A stretch of DNA of 64,000 bases from Thiotrichaceae bacterium (lineage in GTDB: Bacteria; Pseudomonadota; Gammaproteobacteria; Thiotrichales; Thiotrichaceae), in the NCBI GenBank assembly GCA_027083815.1, contig JALWMR010000038.1, positions 1,898 through 65,897 on the forward strand, read 5' to 3'. The number at the start of each line of letters is the position of its first letter. The first letter of the stretch is position 1. The translations under genes were made by a program, and so were the position numbers. The notes beneath the pieces were generated by a model that ran no database searches, was not told the origin of the DNA, and worked only from the letters and a program-made list of their open reading frames with translations. Positions 19,261 to 27,684 of this stretch are shown one piece after another.

Positions 19261-21966
19261 CTAGCGCTCCATTAAGTTGTCAATCCAGGCAGATGGGTCA
19301 TCTTGCTTCACGGGCGCTGGCCGTCGTAATCCATCCTGATTAATCTGGCGGTTATTATTCCATATTCTGGCAGAAGGTCTAGCAGATTTCTGATTCCGCT
19401 TTATTCTGACAGCCTGATTATTCAAATTCATCCGGTCTGTATTATTTAATGATGGGGTTTGTTGCCATACCGGCACGTCATCTGATAAAGAACCTGGGTC
19501 TGGTTGTTCATTGTATGCTGGAATAGCACAAACTGTTCTTTCTTTGGGTTCTGTTCCTTTTATAAATGGCTCTATGATTGTTTTGCTACAGGAAGGGTCA
19601 GGCAACAGGCCGGTTAAAGCATCCACCGTCAGGAAGCGTACACTCTTGGGACGTTTTGGCTTAAAGGGTTTTGTCGATATGTGCTTAACAAAATCTCCCC
19701 AAACTCGCAGGGCGCCACTTGAGCCAGTAAAACCGGTGGGTTTGTTATCATCACGCCCCACCCATACCGAGACGACATGTTGACCCGTAAAACCAGAGAA
19801 CCAGCTATCCACGTTTTTATTCGTTGTACCCGTCTTGCCTGCCGCATTTTTCCAGGCTGGTAACACCTGTCTAAGGTATTGGGCAGTACCTTCTTTGGTT
19901 ATTTTATTCATGGCATAAGTAATGAGATATACCAGATCTTCATCAACAACCTGTTTTACTTGCAGGGGATACCGCTTGAGCGATTTACCATAGGAGTTCA
20001 TAACACTGCGTATTGCCGTTAGTGGCGTATAGGTGCCACCGGCAGAAATGGTCTGGTAAATTTGTTGTACTTCCATGGGTGTTAATTCAAGTGCACCTAA
20101 TAACAGCGACGGGTTTTCACGTATTTCTTTTTGCAAGCCCAGTGCATGCAGCGTATTGATAACTTTATCCAGGCCAATGGTGATGCCAATGCGTACTGTG
20201 GGTGTATTCATGGAGTGAACCAGTGCTTTTTCAAACGGCACTATCCCAACTTCCTTACGGCTATAGTTTTTTGGCTCCCAGATTTTTGTTTTGGATAAGC
20301 GCACGGTAACAGGCCCCCCATCAATGGGAGTAGCCATCGTATATTTGCCTGTTTTAAGTGCGGCCAAATAAACGGCAGGTTTTATCAAAGAGCCTATTTG
20401 GCGCGATGCACTCAAGGCACGGTTATAACCGGCAAAACGGGCATCTCTACCGCCGACGATGGCTAACACCTCAGCACCTTGTACACTACTAACAACCATT
20501 GCACCATTAAGTTTGTTTTTCTTCATGCGACGTGACTTTTCGAGCTTGGCAATACGTTGTTTTAATGATTTCTCAGCGTCAATTTGAATCACCGGATCCA
20601 TTGAAGTGAAGATTAGCAGGCCTTCAGAGTTTAAATCTTCCTCCCGATAATCCCGACGTAATTGTTGTTTAACCAGGTCCAGGTAGGAGGGAAAGGGACT
20701 AACACTGGGAGGCGCATTTTGACTGACACCCAGGGGGCGCTTTTTTAATTCACCGGCTAGTTTTTTATCGAGTACGCCTTCGCGAGCCATCACATCAATA
20801 ACGATATTACGCCGTTGGATTGCCCTTTCAGGATGTTTTCGCGGGTTGTAATAAGTAGCACCTTTAGCAATACCAATGAGTAATGCAACTTGCTCCGGAA
20901 GTAATTCTTTAATGGGCTTGTTAAAATAAAATTGCGAAGCCAGACCAAAACCATGAATGGCTCGCTGTTTATTTTGCCCAAGAAAAATCTCGTTCATATA
21001 GGCTTCCAGAATTTCATCTTTACTGTAATGAACTTCTAACAGCATGGCCATAACGGCTTCATTCGCCTTACGGATATAGCTTTGTTCATTACTCAGAAAG
21101 AAGTTTTTTACCAGTTGTTGCGTCAGGGTACTACCACCTTGTACTTTTCGTCCGGCTTTGGCATTGGCCACAACTGCGCGTAAAATTGATTTTGGATTAA
21201 CGCCAAAATGCTCATAAAAGTTACGATCTTCCACCGCAACCAGACCTTTAGCCAGTAGTTCAGGCACATCATCAAGCCTTACCAGTACCCTGTCTTCATT
21301 ATGCCGGGGATAGAAATTACCGATCAAGACCGGCTCAAGACGCATTAATGTCAACGGGTCATTGCTTTCGGTGTTTTCCAGATTACTGATTTTACCTTTT
21401 TTGATATCAATCCGTATGCGCCGGGGGATTTCCTGGTCGTCAGCAAACTTAAAACCGCGGGTTTGAATATAAAAAGTGTTTTTATCCCGTTTGAACTGAC
21501 CCGTCCCGACAATGTGGGTAACATAAGTGTAGTTTAGAAGCTGTAATTCCTTGTGCAGGTCATCTGCTTGCAGGCTTTGCCCTTCATAAAGTTCAAGCGG
21601 ACGAGCAAATACGCGCGCAGGCAGCGCCCATCGCTTACCTTCAAACTGACTTCTTACCAAATCATCTTGTTGCAATACATAAGCAGCTGCAAACAGGGAG
21701 CCAATAATAATACCAATCAGGATCAGAATTCGCGTAATACGCCAAACGCCCCGAAATAAAAGGGCCACAACCGACCATGCACCACGACTGAATTTAACCT
21801 TCTGCGGTTCTTCATCCTGGTCACTGCCGACTGCTGGCGCTGGACCCTCCACATTAGAATCATGCGAAGATTCCTGTCCGCTATGTTCTGGCTCAGACGT
21901 AACAATATCGTCAAGCTCAGACAGGTCTTCTGAATTAAGTGGTTCGTCTTTATTATTGCCTGACAA
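19261..21966 (-). CDS. mrcB: penicillin-binding protein 1B (bifunctional glycosyltransferase/transpeptidase)
   Basis: N-terminal TM, UB2H-like segment (FEGKRWALPARVFARPLELY), GT51 motifs (EDRNFYEHFG, GGSTLTQQ, RKANE), and transpeptidase SLIKP / SMN / KTGTT. TTG start. Acidic N-terminal and Asn/Arg-rich C-terminal tails. Confidence 0.9.
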   Translation of the reverse strand: MSGNNKDEPLNSEDLSELDDIVTSEPEHSGQESSHDSNVEGPAPAVGSDQDEEPQKVKFSRGAWSVVALLFRGVWRITRILILIGIIIGSLFAAAYVLQQDDLVRSQFEGKRWALPARVFARPLELYEGQSLQADDLHKELQLLNYTYVTHIVGTGQFKRDKNTFYIQTRGFKFADDQEIPRRIRIDIKKGKISNLENTESNDPLTLMRLEPVLIGNFYPRHNEDRVLVRLDDVPELLAKGLVAVEDRNFYEHFGVNPKSILRAVVANAKAGRKVQGGSTLTQQLVKNFFLSNEQSYIRKANEAVMAMLLEVHYSKDEILEAYMNEIFLGQNKQRAIHGFGLASQFYFNKPIKELLPEQVALLIGIAKGATYYNPRKHPERAIQRRNIVIDVMAREGVLDKKLAGELKKRPLGVSQNAPPSVSPFPSYLDLVKQQLRRDYREEDLNSEGLLIFTSMDPVIQIDAEKSLKQRIAKLEKSRRMKKNKLNGAMVVSSVQGAEVLAIVGGRDARFAGYNRALSASRQIGSLIKPAVYLAALKTGKYTMATPIDGGPVTVRLSKTKIWEPKNYSRKEVGIVPFEKALVHSMNTPTVRIGITIGLDKVINTLHALGLQKEIRENPSLLLGALELTPMEVQQIYQTISAGGTYTPLTAIRSVMNSYGKSLKRYPLQVKQVVDEDLVYLITYAMNKITKEGTAQYLRQVLPAWKNAAGKTGTTNKNVDSWFSGFTGQHVVSVWVGRDDNKPTGFTGSSGALRVWGDFVKHISTKPFKPKRPKSVRFLTVDALTGLLPDPSCSKTIIEPFIKGTEPKERTVCAIPAYNEQPDPGSLSDDVPVWQQTPSLNNTDRMNLNNQAVRIKRNQKSARPSARIWNNNRQINQDGLRRPAPVKQDDPSAWIDNLMER

Positions 21967-22240
21967 TGAAAAGCCCCGTTTACAAAACTATATTATGAAA
22001 ACCCACGTTAGCTCAATAAGGTGTAAGCTCAATAAGTTCTCTAATTAAAATATCAATGAATTCTACAATATTTATAGACATCTTGTGTGGAATTATTGTG
22101 CAGGGCGATGCTTCAAAGTTAATTGAGCTTATTCAGCATAGAGTAAACAAAGGTCGGTTAATATTAAAAGAAAACGCCATGCAACCCCGTGCACAGATGA
22201 ACTGTCAGAAGATTAACAAAAATTATAAAGAGACATAACC

Positions 22241-22828
22241 ATGAAAACATTCCTTTATCTGCTACCCTTAACAATTATTCTGTTATTTACAAGTGCTTGC
22301 TCACAATTATCACGACATCCTGTTTATCATGGCTCAAGTTCTAACAATTCAAAATCAGTAATAGAAAGGCAGCGTAGTGTCTCACAACGACAAACAGTTT
22401 CAAGGCCTCAGGTATACCAACCAGAAAATAGACCGCAACAAATACCAGGGCTAAGTACCACAAGGTACAGGATGTTGCAAATAGCAAAAAGCACCATTGG
22501 CGTTCCCTATCGTTGGGGAGGGAATAATCCACGAGAAGGCTTTGATTGTAGTGGCCTTATGAAATATGTGCACAAACAGGCCACGGGCATCATAATACCG
22601 CGGACTGCTGCCCAGCAACGTGATAACAGTAAAACCATTTCCTATAATCAGCTTCAACCCGGTGATATGTTATTTTTTAAAACCGGCAAACGAAGTAATC
22701 ATGTTGGTATCTATGTGGGCAACCGACAATTTGTTCATGCACCATCTGGCGGTAAGCGCGTAAAGATAACCAGTATGGATTCAGCTTATTGGCATAAACG
22801 CTTTGTAAAGTTTGGCTCCTATCTATAG
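22241..22828 (+). CDS. NlpC/P60 (C40) family peptidoglycan endopeptidase lipoprotein
   Basis: Lipobox FTSAC. YRWGGNNPREGFDCSGL catalytic Cys and HVGIYVG His motif. Confidence 0.85.
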   Translation: MKTFLYLLPLTIILLFTSACSQLSRHPVYHGSSSNNSKSVIERQRSVSQRQTVSRPQVYQPENRPQQIPGLSTTRYRMLQIAKSTIGVPYRWGGNNPREGFDCSGLMKYVHKQATGIIIPRTAAQQRDNSKTISYNQLQPGDMLFFKTGKRSNHVGIYVGNRQFVHAPSGGKRVKITSMDSAYWHKRFVKFGSYL

Positions 22829-23025
22829 GAGAACCTGATTAAGTCCAGTTATTTTAAGCTTGCCAAAACTGCCGATATTTTCCGCGAAGTCAAAATAACA
22901 AGATCTGTTCGTTCCATCTAAGCAACTGATTTAAGTCAAAAAGTAATTATTGATTGAAACCTGAAATAATAGCCTTATGATAGTGGATGTGAACATTTAC
23001 TCACAACTATCAAAGGAGAAATACT

Positions 23026-23466
23026 ATGGGTCTATTTGATTTTGCCAAAAACATCGGCAAGAAAATTTTTGGCAGTAATGACGATGATGAAAAGGCATCT
23101 GAAAAACTCACCAGGCACATCGAAGAAGATAACCCAGGTCTGGAAAACCTCGAAATAAAAGTAGAGGACGGAGTCGCTATTATTAAAGGTGAAACCGAAG
23201 ACCCCAGCGCACTTGAAAAAGTCATCCTGATGGCAGGTAATGCAATGGGAATTGAAGAAGTTCGTGCCGACGAGGTAACAGCGCCTGAGCAAACGGTTGA
23301 GATACAATATTACGAAATCCAGAAAGGCGATAGCCTGTGGAAGATTGCAAAAACCTTCTATGGTGATGGCAATAAATATACCGAAATATTTGAAGCGAAT
23401 AGAGAAGTTATCAAAGACCCTGATCTTATTTTTCCTGGTCAGAAAATTCGCATACCAATGGATTAA
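23026..23466 (+). CDS. kbp: BON + LysM domain protein (YgaU/Kbp-like)
   Basis: N-terminal [16 protein letters not shown], a BON-like middle, and C-terminal LysM ([49 protein letters not shown]). Confidence 0.75.
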   Translation: MGLFDFAKNIGKKIFGSNDDDEKASEKLTRHIEEDNPGLENLEIKVEDGVAIIKGETEDPSALEKVILMAGNAMGIEEVRADEVTAPEQTVEIQYYEIQKGDSLWKIAKTFYGDGNKYTEIFEANREVIKDPDLIFPGQKIRIPMD

Positions 23467-23540
23467 ACAACCCACTCTTAAAAGGGACATATTAAGTCCC
23501 TTGATTAATTAAATCGAACAACAAAACAAGGATATTCAAT

Positions 23541-23987
23541 ATGGACATGGGTGACTTATTAAAAATGGGCGCATCAGCATTTATCAACAGCAAAATGAGT
23601 GGCGATGCGGGTAGTGGACTGGATATTGGCTCTTTAACCTCCGCACTTTCCGGCTTAACCGGCGGCAATGACGGTGATGGCGGCTTTGATATAGGCTCGA
23701 TACTCAGCAATATGCAAAGTGGTGGCATGGCAGATGTTGCCCAATCATGGTTAGGTGATGGCGACAATCAACCAATAGAAGATGAGCAGGTTGTTAATAT
23801 GTTTGGTGCTGATAAAATTTCTGACTTTGCCTCTCAGCTTGGTCTGAATGAGTCAGAAGCTATCGGCGGATTGCGTGATGCATTGCCACAAATGGTTGAT
23901 AATGCCAGTAGCGGTGGATCCTTACTTGATTCAATAGGTGGTATTGGCGGTGCTATCAATATGGCCAGCAAATTATTTGGCCGTTAA
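23541..23987 (+). CDS. YidB-family (DUF937) protein
   Basis: Gly/Ser-rich protein with SWLGDGDNQPI and LPQMVD motifs, as I recall for DUF937/YidB. Confidence 0.55.
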   Translation: MDMGDLLKMGASAFINSKMSGDAGSGLDIGSLTSALSGLTGGNDGDGGFDIGSILSNMQSGGMADVAQSWLGDGDNQPIEDEQVVNMFGADKISDFASQLGLNESEAIGGLRDALPQMVDNASSGGSLLDSIGGIGGAINMASKLFGR

Positions 23988-24002
23988 GGAGACACTGAGC
24001 AA

Positions 24003-24030
24003 GCTAATTCTATATAGATATAGAATTAGC
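24003..24030. repeat. perfect 13-bp-arm palindrome
   Basis: GCTAATTCTATAT-AG-ATATAGAATTAGC, 16 nt after the yidB-like stop. Confidence 0.85.
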
Positions 24031-24042
24031 CGCCTCACTTAT

Positions 24043-24188
24043 TAGCAGACTGTTGAATTTCTACTTAGACGGCACGATACTGCGTTAAAATAGACCTCGA
24101 AATGCTCATTTACTACAAGTAAACTGCGCTTTTTCGGTCGATTTCGCCTTGTCTCGCACTCGCCTAAGCGAATTTCAACAACCTGCTA
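24043..24188. mobile_element. 146-bp element with imperfect 19-bp terminal inverted repeats (MITE-like)
   Basis: The left end is TAGCAGACTGTTGAATTTC. The right end GAATTTCAACAACCTGCTA reverse-complements to TAGCAGGTTGTTGAAATTC, a 16/19 match. The interior contains the TTGTCTCGC...CGCCTAAGC box shared with the other repeat classes. Single copy in the window. Confidence 0.45.
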
Positions 24189-24191
24189 GAA

Positions 24192-24218
24192 AGCCGCCGG
24201 CTTTGGGTGGCTTTTTTA
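24192..24218 (+). terminator. intrinsic terminator
   Basis: AGCCGCC-GGCTTTG-GGTGGCT (one G-U pair) followed by TTTTTATTT. Confidence 0.6.
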
Positions 24219-24226
24219 TTTAATTA

Positions 24227-24259
24227 ACGTACACCCCCCACCTTTTTATGCGTTTTCTC
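24227..24259 (+). repeat. C-core repeat, short form (copy 5)
   Basis: AACGTACACCCCCCACCTTTTTATGCGTTTTCTC, ending 2 nt before the lpxC stop codon. Confidence 0.9.
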
Positions 24260-24261
24260 AG

Positions 24262-25176
24262 TTAAGCCAGCAAACACTGATCACCCACATAAATCTGTGG
24301 TGCTTTTTCATCTTTCCCCAGGGTAATAATCTCCCAGGCATCCTGTTGCAGCAACAGTTCACGTAACAACAGGTTATTAATTGCATGACCAGATTTATGA
24401 CCATGATAGGCACCGATGATGCCGTAGCCAAGGGTATACAAATCGCCAATTGCATCGAGCATTTTGTGTTTTACAAACTCATCGCTATAACGCAAACCAT
24501 CTTTATTTAAAACACGGTATTCATCCAGTACCACGGCATTGCTTAAAGCGCCACCCAAACCCAGATTTTTAGACCGCAGCATTTCTACATCACGCATAAA
24601 ACCAAAGGTACGGGCGCGACTGATTTCGGTATTATAGGATTCGATGGAAAGGTCGTGTTCCATACTCTGCTGCGTTTCTTTAACCGCAGGATGATCAAAA
24701 TCAATTTCAAAAGACACCTTAAAACCATCATATGGTGTTAGCTCTGCCCAGCCTGCTTTATTCTCGTAGCGAATCGTTTTTTTGATTTCAACCAGTTTTT
24801 TGGGTGTCTCTTGCTCTTCAATTCCAGCCGATTGGATCAAGAAAATAAAGGGTGCTGCACTACCATCCATGATAGGAATTTCTGGTGCATCAAGATCAAC
24901 ATACGCATTGTCTATACCCAAGCCTGCCAGGGCAGACATCAGGTGTTCAATTGTAGCGACTTTAACGCCATCTTTAACCAGTGTAGTGCTTAATACCGTT
25001 TCGCCAACGTTTTCAGGGGTTGCTTTGATTTCTACCGTCGGTGACAAATCTGTTCGGGTGAAGATAATGCCGGTATTAGCAGCGGCAGGTCGTAATTGCA
25101 GATTAACACGTTTGCCCGAATGTAAGCCGATACCGACTGTGCTAACAATACTTTTAAGTGTTCTTTGTTGTAACAC
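24262..25176 (-). CDS. lpxC: UDP-3-O-acyl-N-acetylglucosamine deacetylase
   Basis: [24 protein letters not shown]...[16 protein letters not shown]...[10 protein letters not shown] is the canonical LpxC pattern. Confidence 0.95.
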   Translation of the reverse strand: MLQQRTLKSIVSTVGIGLHSGKRVNLQLRPAAANTGIIFTRTDLSPTVEIKATPENVGETVLSTTLVKDGVKVATIEHLMSALAGLGIDNAYVDLDAPEIPIMDGSAAPFIFLIQSAGIEEQETPKKLVEIKKTIRYENKAGWAELTPYDGFKVSFEIDFDHPAVKETQQSMEHDLSIESYNTEISRARTFGFMRDVEMLRSKNLGLGGALSNAVVLDEYRVLNKDGLRYSDEFVKHKMLDAIGDLYTLGYGIIGAYHGHKSGHAINNLLLRELLLQQDAWEIITLGKDEKAPQIYVGDQCLLA

Positions 25177-25295
25177 AATTTCCCCTTTTTTTGTTTTTCA
25201 ACATGCACATGGTAACAGCTAAAAGTTAAATTCACGCTTAACCAGCCAGTTTACCACAGTTAATTATTATTATTAAACGCTAATGACACATTAAG

Positions 25296-25519
25296 AGAGA
25301 CCTTTGCACGAAAGATATGACGGATAAAAACTACTTAGCCGAGCAACGCGAGACAACAGCTTTAGCTGACCCGTTAGGGTGGGGCGTTGTTTGCCGAATA
25401 AATTCCCCTGTTTTTTCGTTTATTTTCGGTCCTTAGCCCTGCTATTACCCTCAAATCTACAAAAAAACAGGAAAATTACGCTAATTTTTCTCTCGCCATA
25501 CTCTCATGCAAAGGTCTCT
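25296..25519 (+). mobile_element. 224-bp MITE-like element, copy A (13-bp terminal inverted repeats)
   Basis: It starts AGAGACCTTTGCA and ends TGCAAAGGTCTCT. It has no coding capacity. By eye it is about 93-95 percent identical to the reverse complement of 56724-56947. Confidence 0.8.
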
Positions 25520-25540
25520 AGGAGTTTAGTCACTCATTAA

Positions 25541-26446
25541 TCAAGAAGGTTCGAAGTATTTATCAAGCTGTTGTTTTGTGAGAAGAAAAACGCCATCACC
25601 TCCACGTTCAAATTGTAACCAGTGAAACGGTGCATCAGGAAACATCTGCGCCAGTGCATACTGGCTATTACCCACTTCGACGACCAAAATACCCATATCG
25701 GTCAGATGCTTACCTGCCTGTTTTAAAATGGTTCTGGTTAAATCCAGTCCCTGTTCCCCAGAACTCAAGCCCAGCTCCGGCTCATGCTGAAACTCATCCG
25801 ACAAGGTCGCCATGTCCTCCGCATCAACATAGGGCGGGTTAGACACTATTATGTCATAAACCCGCCCTTCAAGATTCTCAAACAAATCAGATTGGATGAC
25901 CGAAACACGACCCTCTGCATCATGCTGTTCAACATTCATTCGGGCAACCTCAAGGGCATCCTCAGAAATATCAGCCAGATCAATCTGTGCATAAGGGAAG
26001 GCATAGGCACAGGCAATGCCAATACAACCACTGCCGGTACAGAGGTCCAGCACATTTTCAACTTCATCCGGGTTGATCCAGGGTGAAAACTGTGACTCAA
26101 CCAGCTCTGCAATTGGTGACCTTGGTACTAAAACACGCTCATCAATATAAAACTGCAAGCCGGCAAACCAGCCTTCTTTGGTAATATAGGCGGCCGGTAT
26201 GCGTTCATTAATACGGCGCTGAATCACCGCCTCGATTGCAAGTTTTTCATTAGCCGTTAATGCAGATTGCCAATAAATATCGGGTGTATCAACTGGCAAG
26301 TTGAGAGTTCGTAAAACCAGATAGACCGCCTCATCCAGGGGGGAGGATAATCCATGCCCAAAGCTAAGCTGAGCCTCAACAAAACGGCTCGCTCCCCAGC
26401 GCATATAGTCGATAAGTGTGTTTAAACCCAAGGTTTCAGTGTTCAT
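25541..26446 (-). CDS. prmB: 50S ribosomal protein L3 glutamine N5-methyltransferase
   Basis: DLCTGSGCIGIA SAM motif and SNPPYV motif. The length and N-terminal domain fit PrmB rather than PrmC. Confidence 0.8.
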   Translation of the reverse strand: MNTETLGLNTLIDYMRWGASRFVEAQLSFGHGLSSPLDEAVYLVLRTLNLPVDTPDIYWQSALTANEKLAIEAVIQRRINERIPAAYITKEGWFAGLQFYIDERVLVPRSPIAELVESQFSPWINPDEVENVLDLCTGSGCIGIACAYAFPYAQIDLADISEDALEVARMNVEQHDAEGRVSVIQSDLFENLEGRVYDIIVSNPPYVDAEDMATLSDEFQHEPELGLSSGEQGLDLTRTILKQAGKHLTDMGILVVEVGNSQYALAQMFPDAPFHWLQFERGGDGVFLLTKQQLDKYFEPS

Positions 26447-26508
26447 TTAATGATTCCTGCAAACGATTGCAGTATTATCACCTATTTGCATTAACAGGAA
26501 CAGGAAAC

Positions 26509-27363
26509 ATGGCAGCTTCTTTTGTCGATTATTTAAAATCTGGCGCATTATATATTTTGCCCCAGCATGCCATCTCACGTTTGGTCTTTAAACTGACACG
26601 CATACAATCACCCCTTGTTCCCAAAGCAATCAAACTATTTTGCAACGCTTTTGATGTTAACCTTGAAGAAGCCGTTAACCCGGATCCAAACAGCTACCCC
26701 ACCTTTAATGAGTTTTTTACCCGTGCCTTAAAACCCGAGTTAAGGCCGATAGCCAGGACAAAACTGGTCAGTCCGGTGGATGGCACCATTAGCCAGTTTG
26801 GTCAAATAGTGAATGGCTCACTATTGCAGGCCAAAGGGATTCATTATTCACTGGAAGCACTATTAGGTGGCAATCCAGAGCGTGCCAAACGCTACCAGAA
26901 TGGTCACTTTATCACCATTTATCTATCACCCAGAGATTATCATCGTATTCACATGCCCTGCGCTGGGAAACTAACCGAACAAACTCATGTGCCCGGACGT
27001 TTGTTCAGCGTGGCCAAACACACCGTGAATACTATTAAAGGCATCTTTGCTCGCAATGAGCGCGTCATTGCCAGCTTTGATAGTGATTTTGGTTCCATGG
27101 CTGTGATACTGGTCGGCGCTATCAATGTTGCCGCCATAGAAACCGTTTGGGCTGGCCTCATCACGCCACCCAGAGGCGAAACCATCACCAGCAAAGTCTA
27201 TCATGATAAAAATATACAACTGGCAAAGGGTGAAGAAATGGGCCGCTTCAATATGGGATCAACGGTTATTTTGCTTCTTCCCGAGGGCGCACCGCCTTTT
27301 AAAGAGTCGCTACACGTCGATCAGCCAATAAAAATGGGTCAAGCCTTATCAAATGACGAGTAA
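26509..27363 (+). CDS. psd: phosphatidylserine decarboxylase proenzyme
   Basis: YILPQH...FNEFFTRALK...YLSPRDYHRIHMP...FNMGSTVILL (the GST self-cleavage site). I chose the start MAASFVDYLK. The ORF-track start at 26416 would overlap prmB. Confidence 0.9.
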   Translation: MAASFVDYLKSGALYILPQHAISRLVFKLTRIQSPLVPKAIKLFCNAFDVNLEEAVNPDPNSYPTFNEFFTRALKPELRPIARTKLVSPVDGTISQFGQIVNGSLLQAKGIHYSLEALLGGNPERAKRYQNGHFITIYLSPRDYHRIHMPCAGKLTEQTHVPGRLFSVAKHTVNTIKGIFARNERVIASFDSDFGSMAVILVGAINVAAIETVWAGLITPPRGETITSKVYHDKNIQLAKGEEMGRFNMGSTVILLLPEGAPPFKESLHVDQPIKMGQALSNDE

Positions 27364-27388
27364 ACTTGAGCTAAACGGTGTTTAAAGC

Positions 27389-27494
27389 GAGAAAAGTCCA
27401 GGCCGAGCTCATAGCGAGACAATGTTGGCGCACAGCGACGACTACCCGTAGGGTGCGTTTACAAACCGCATAAAAAGGTGGGGGGTGTACTTTT
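27389..27494 (-). repeat. C-core repeat, long form of about 105 bp (copy 6)
   Basis: Top strand GAGAAAAGTCCAGGCCGAGCTCATAGCGAGACAATGTTGGCGCACAGCGACGACTACCCGTAGGGTGCGTTTACAAACCGCATAAAAAGGTGGGGGGTGTACTTTT. Confidence 0.9.
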
Positions 27495-27576
27495 AGAACC
27501 TTTTACAGGACGATTTTCCTCCATCTACACAGCTTTCAACTTGAAATAACGCCCTAAAGCGCGTTACACTTAAGGC

Positions 27577-27615
27577 ATGAATCTGTTTAAACACTATAAC
27601 TGGCTTTGGATATAG
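27577..27615 (+). promoter_or_regulatory. candidate trp leader peptide ORF (MNLFKHYNWLWI*)
   Basis: A 12-codon ORF 70 nt upstream of trpE with two Trp codons (27601-27603, 27607-27609). It is preceded by AAGG and followed immediately by a hairpin plus T-tract. Confidence 0.45.
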
Positions 27616-27648
27616 CGTCTTTTGAAAAAAAGACGGCTGTTTTGTATT
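27616..27648 (+). terminator. candidate attenuator / intrinsic terminator upstream of trpE
   Basis: CGTCTTTT (27616-27623), GAAA loop, AAAAGACG (27628-27635), then GCTGTTTTGTATT. The stem starts directly after the leader stop codon. Confidence 0.45.
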
Positions 27649-27684
27649 CCCATTATACCTTTAAACGTTTAAACAGGTTTCACC

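Noticed and set aside
22056-22238. 60-aa ORF upstream of the NlpC/P60 gene
   Set aside because: It has no RBS, odd composition and no motif, and it lies in the mrcB / nlpC-like divergent promoter region. It is likely spurious.
23032-23490. 152-aa minus-strand ORF
   Set aside because: It is antisense to the BON-LysM gene (23026-23466), which has clear domain motifs. It has no motif of its own.
23482-23502. AAGGGAC-N7-GTCCCTT hairpin after the BON-LysM gene
   Set aside because: It is a 7-bp stem without a T-tract, only 40 nt before the next co-oriented gene. The evidence for a terminator is too weak.
24782-25222. 146-aa plus-strand ORF. The same judgement applies to 28717-29178, 11865-12224, 8311-8688 and 61286-61594.
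   Set aside because: All are antisense shadows of strongly supported genes (lpxC, trpE, ftsK, the sulfatase-type gene and hscA).
27541-27570. Possible trp promoter TTGAAA-18 nt-TACACT
   Set aside because: The predicted transcription start would fall on or after the leader-peptide ATG and exclude its RBS. This is inconsistent with the attenuator model, so I did not report it as a feature.
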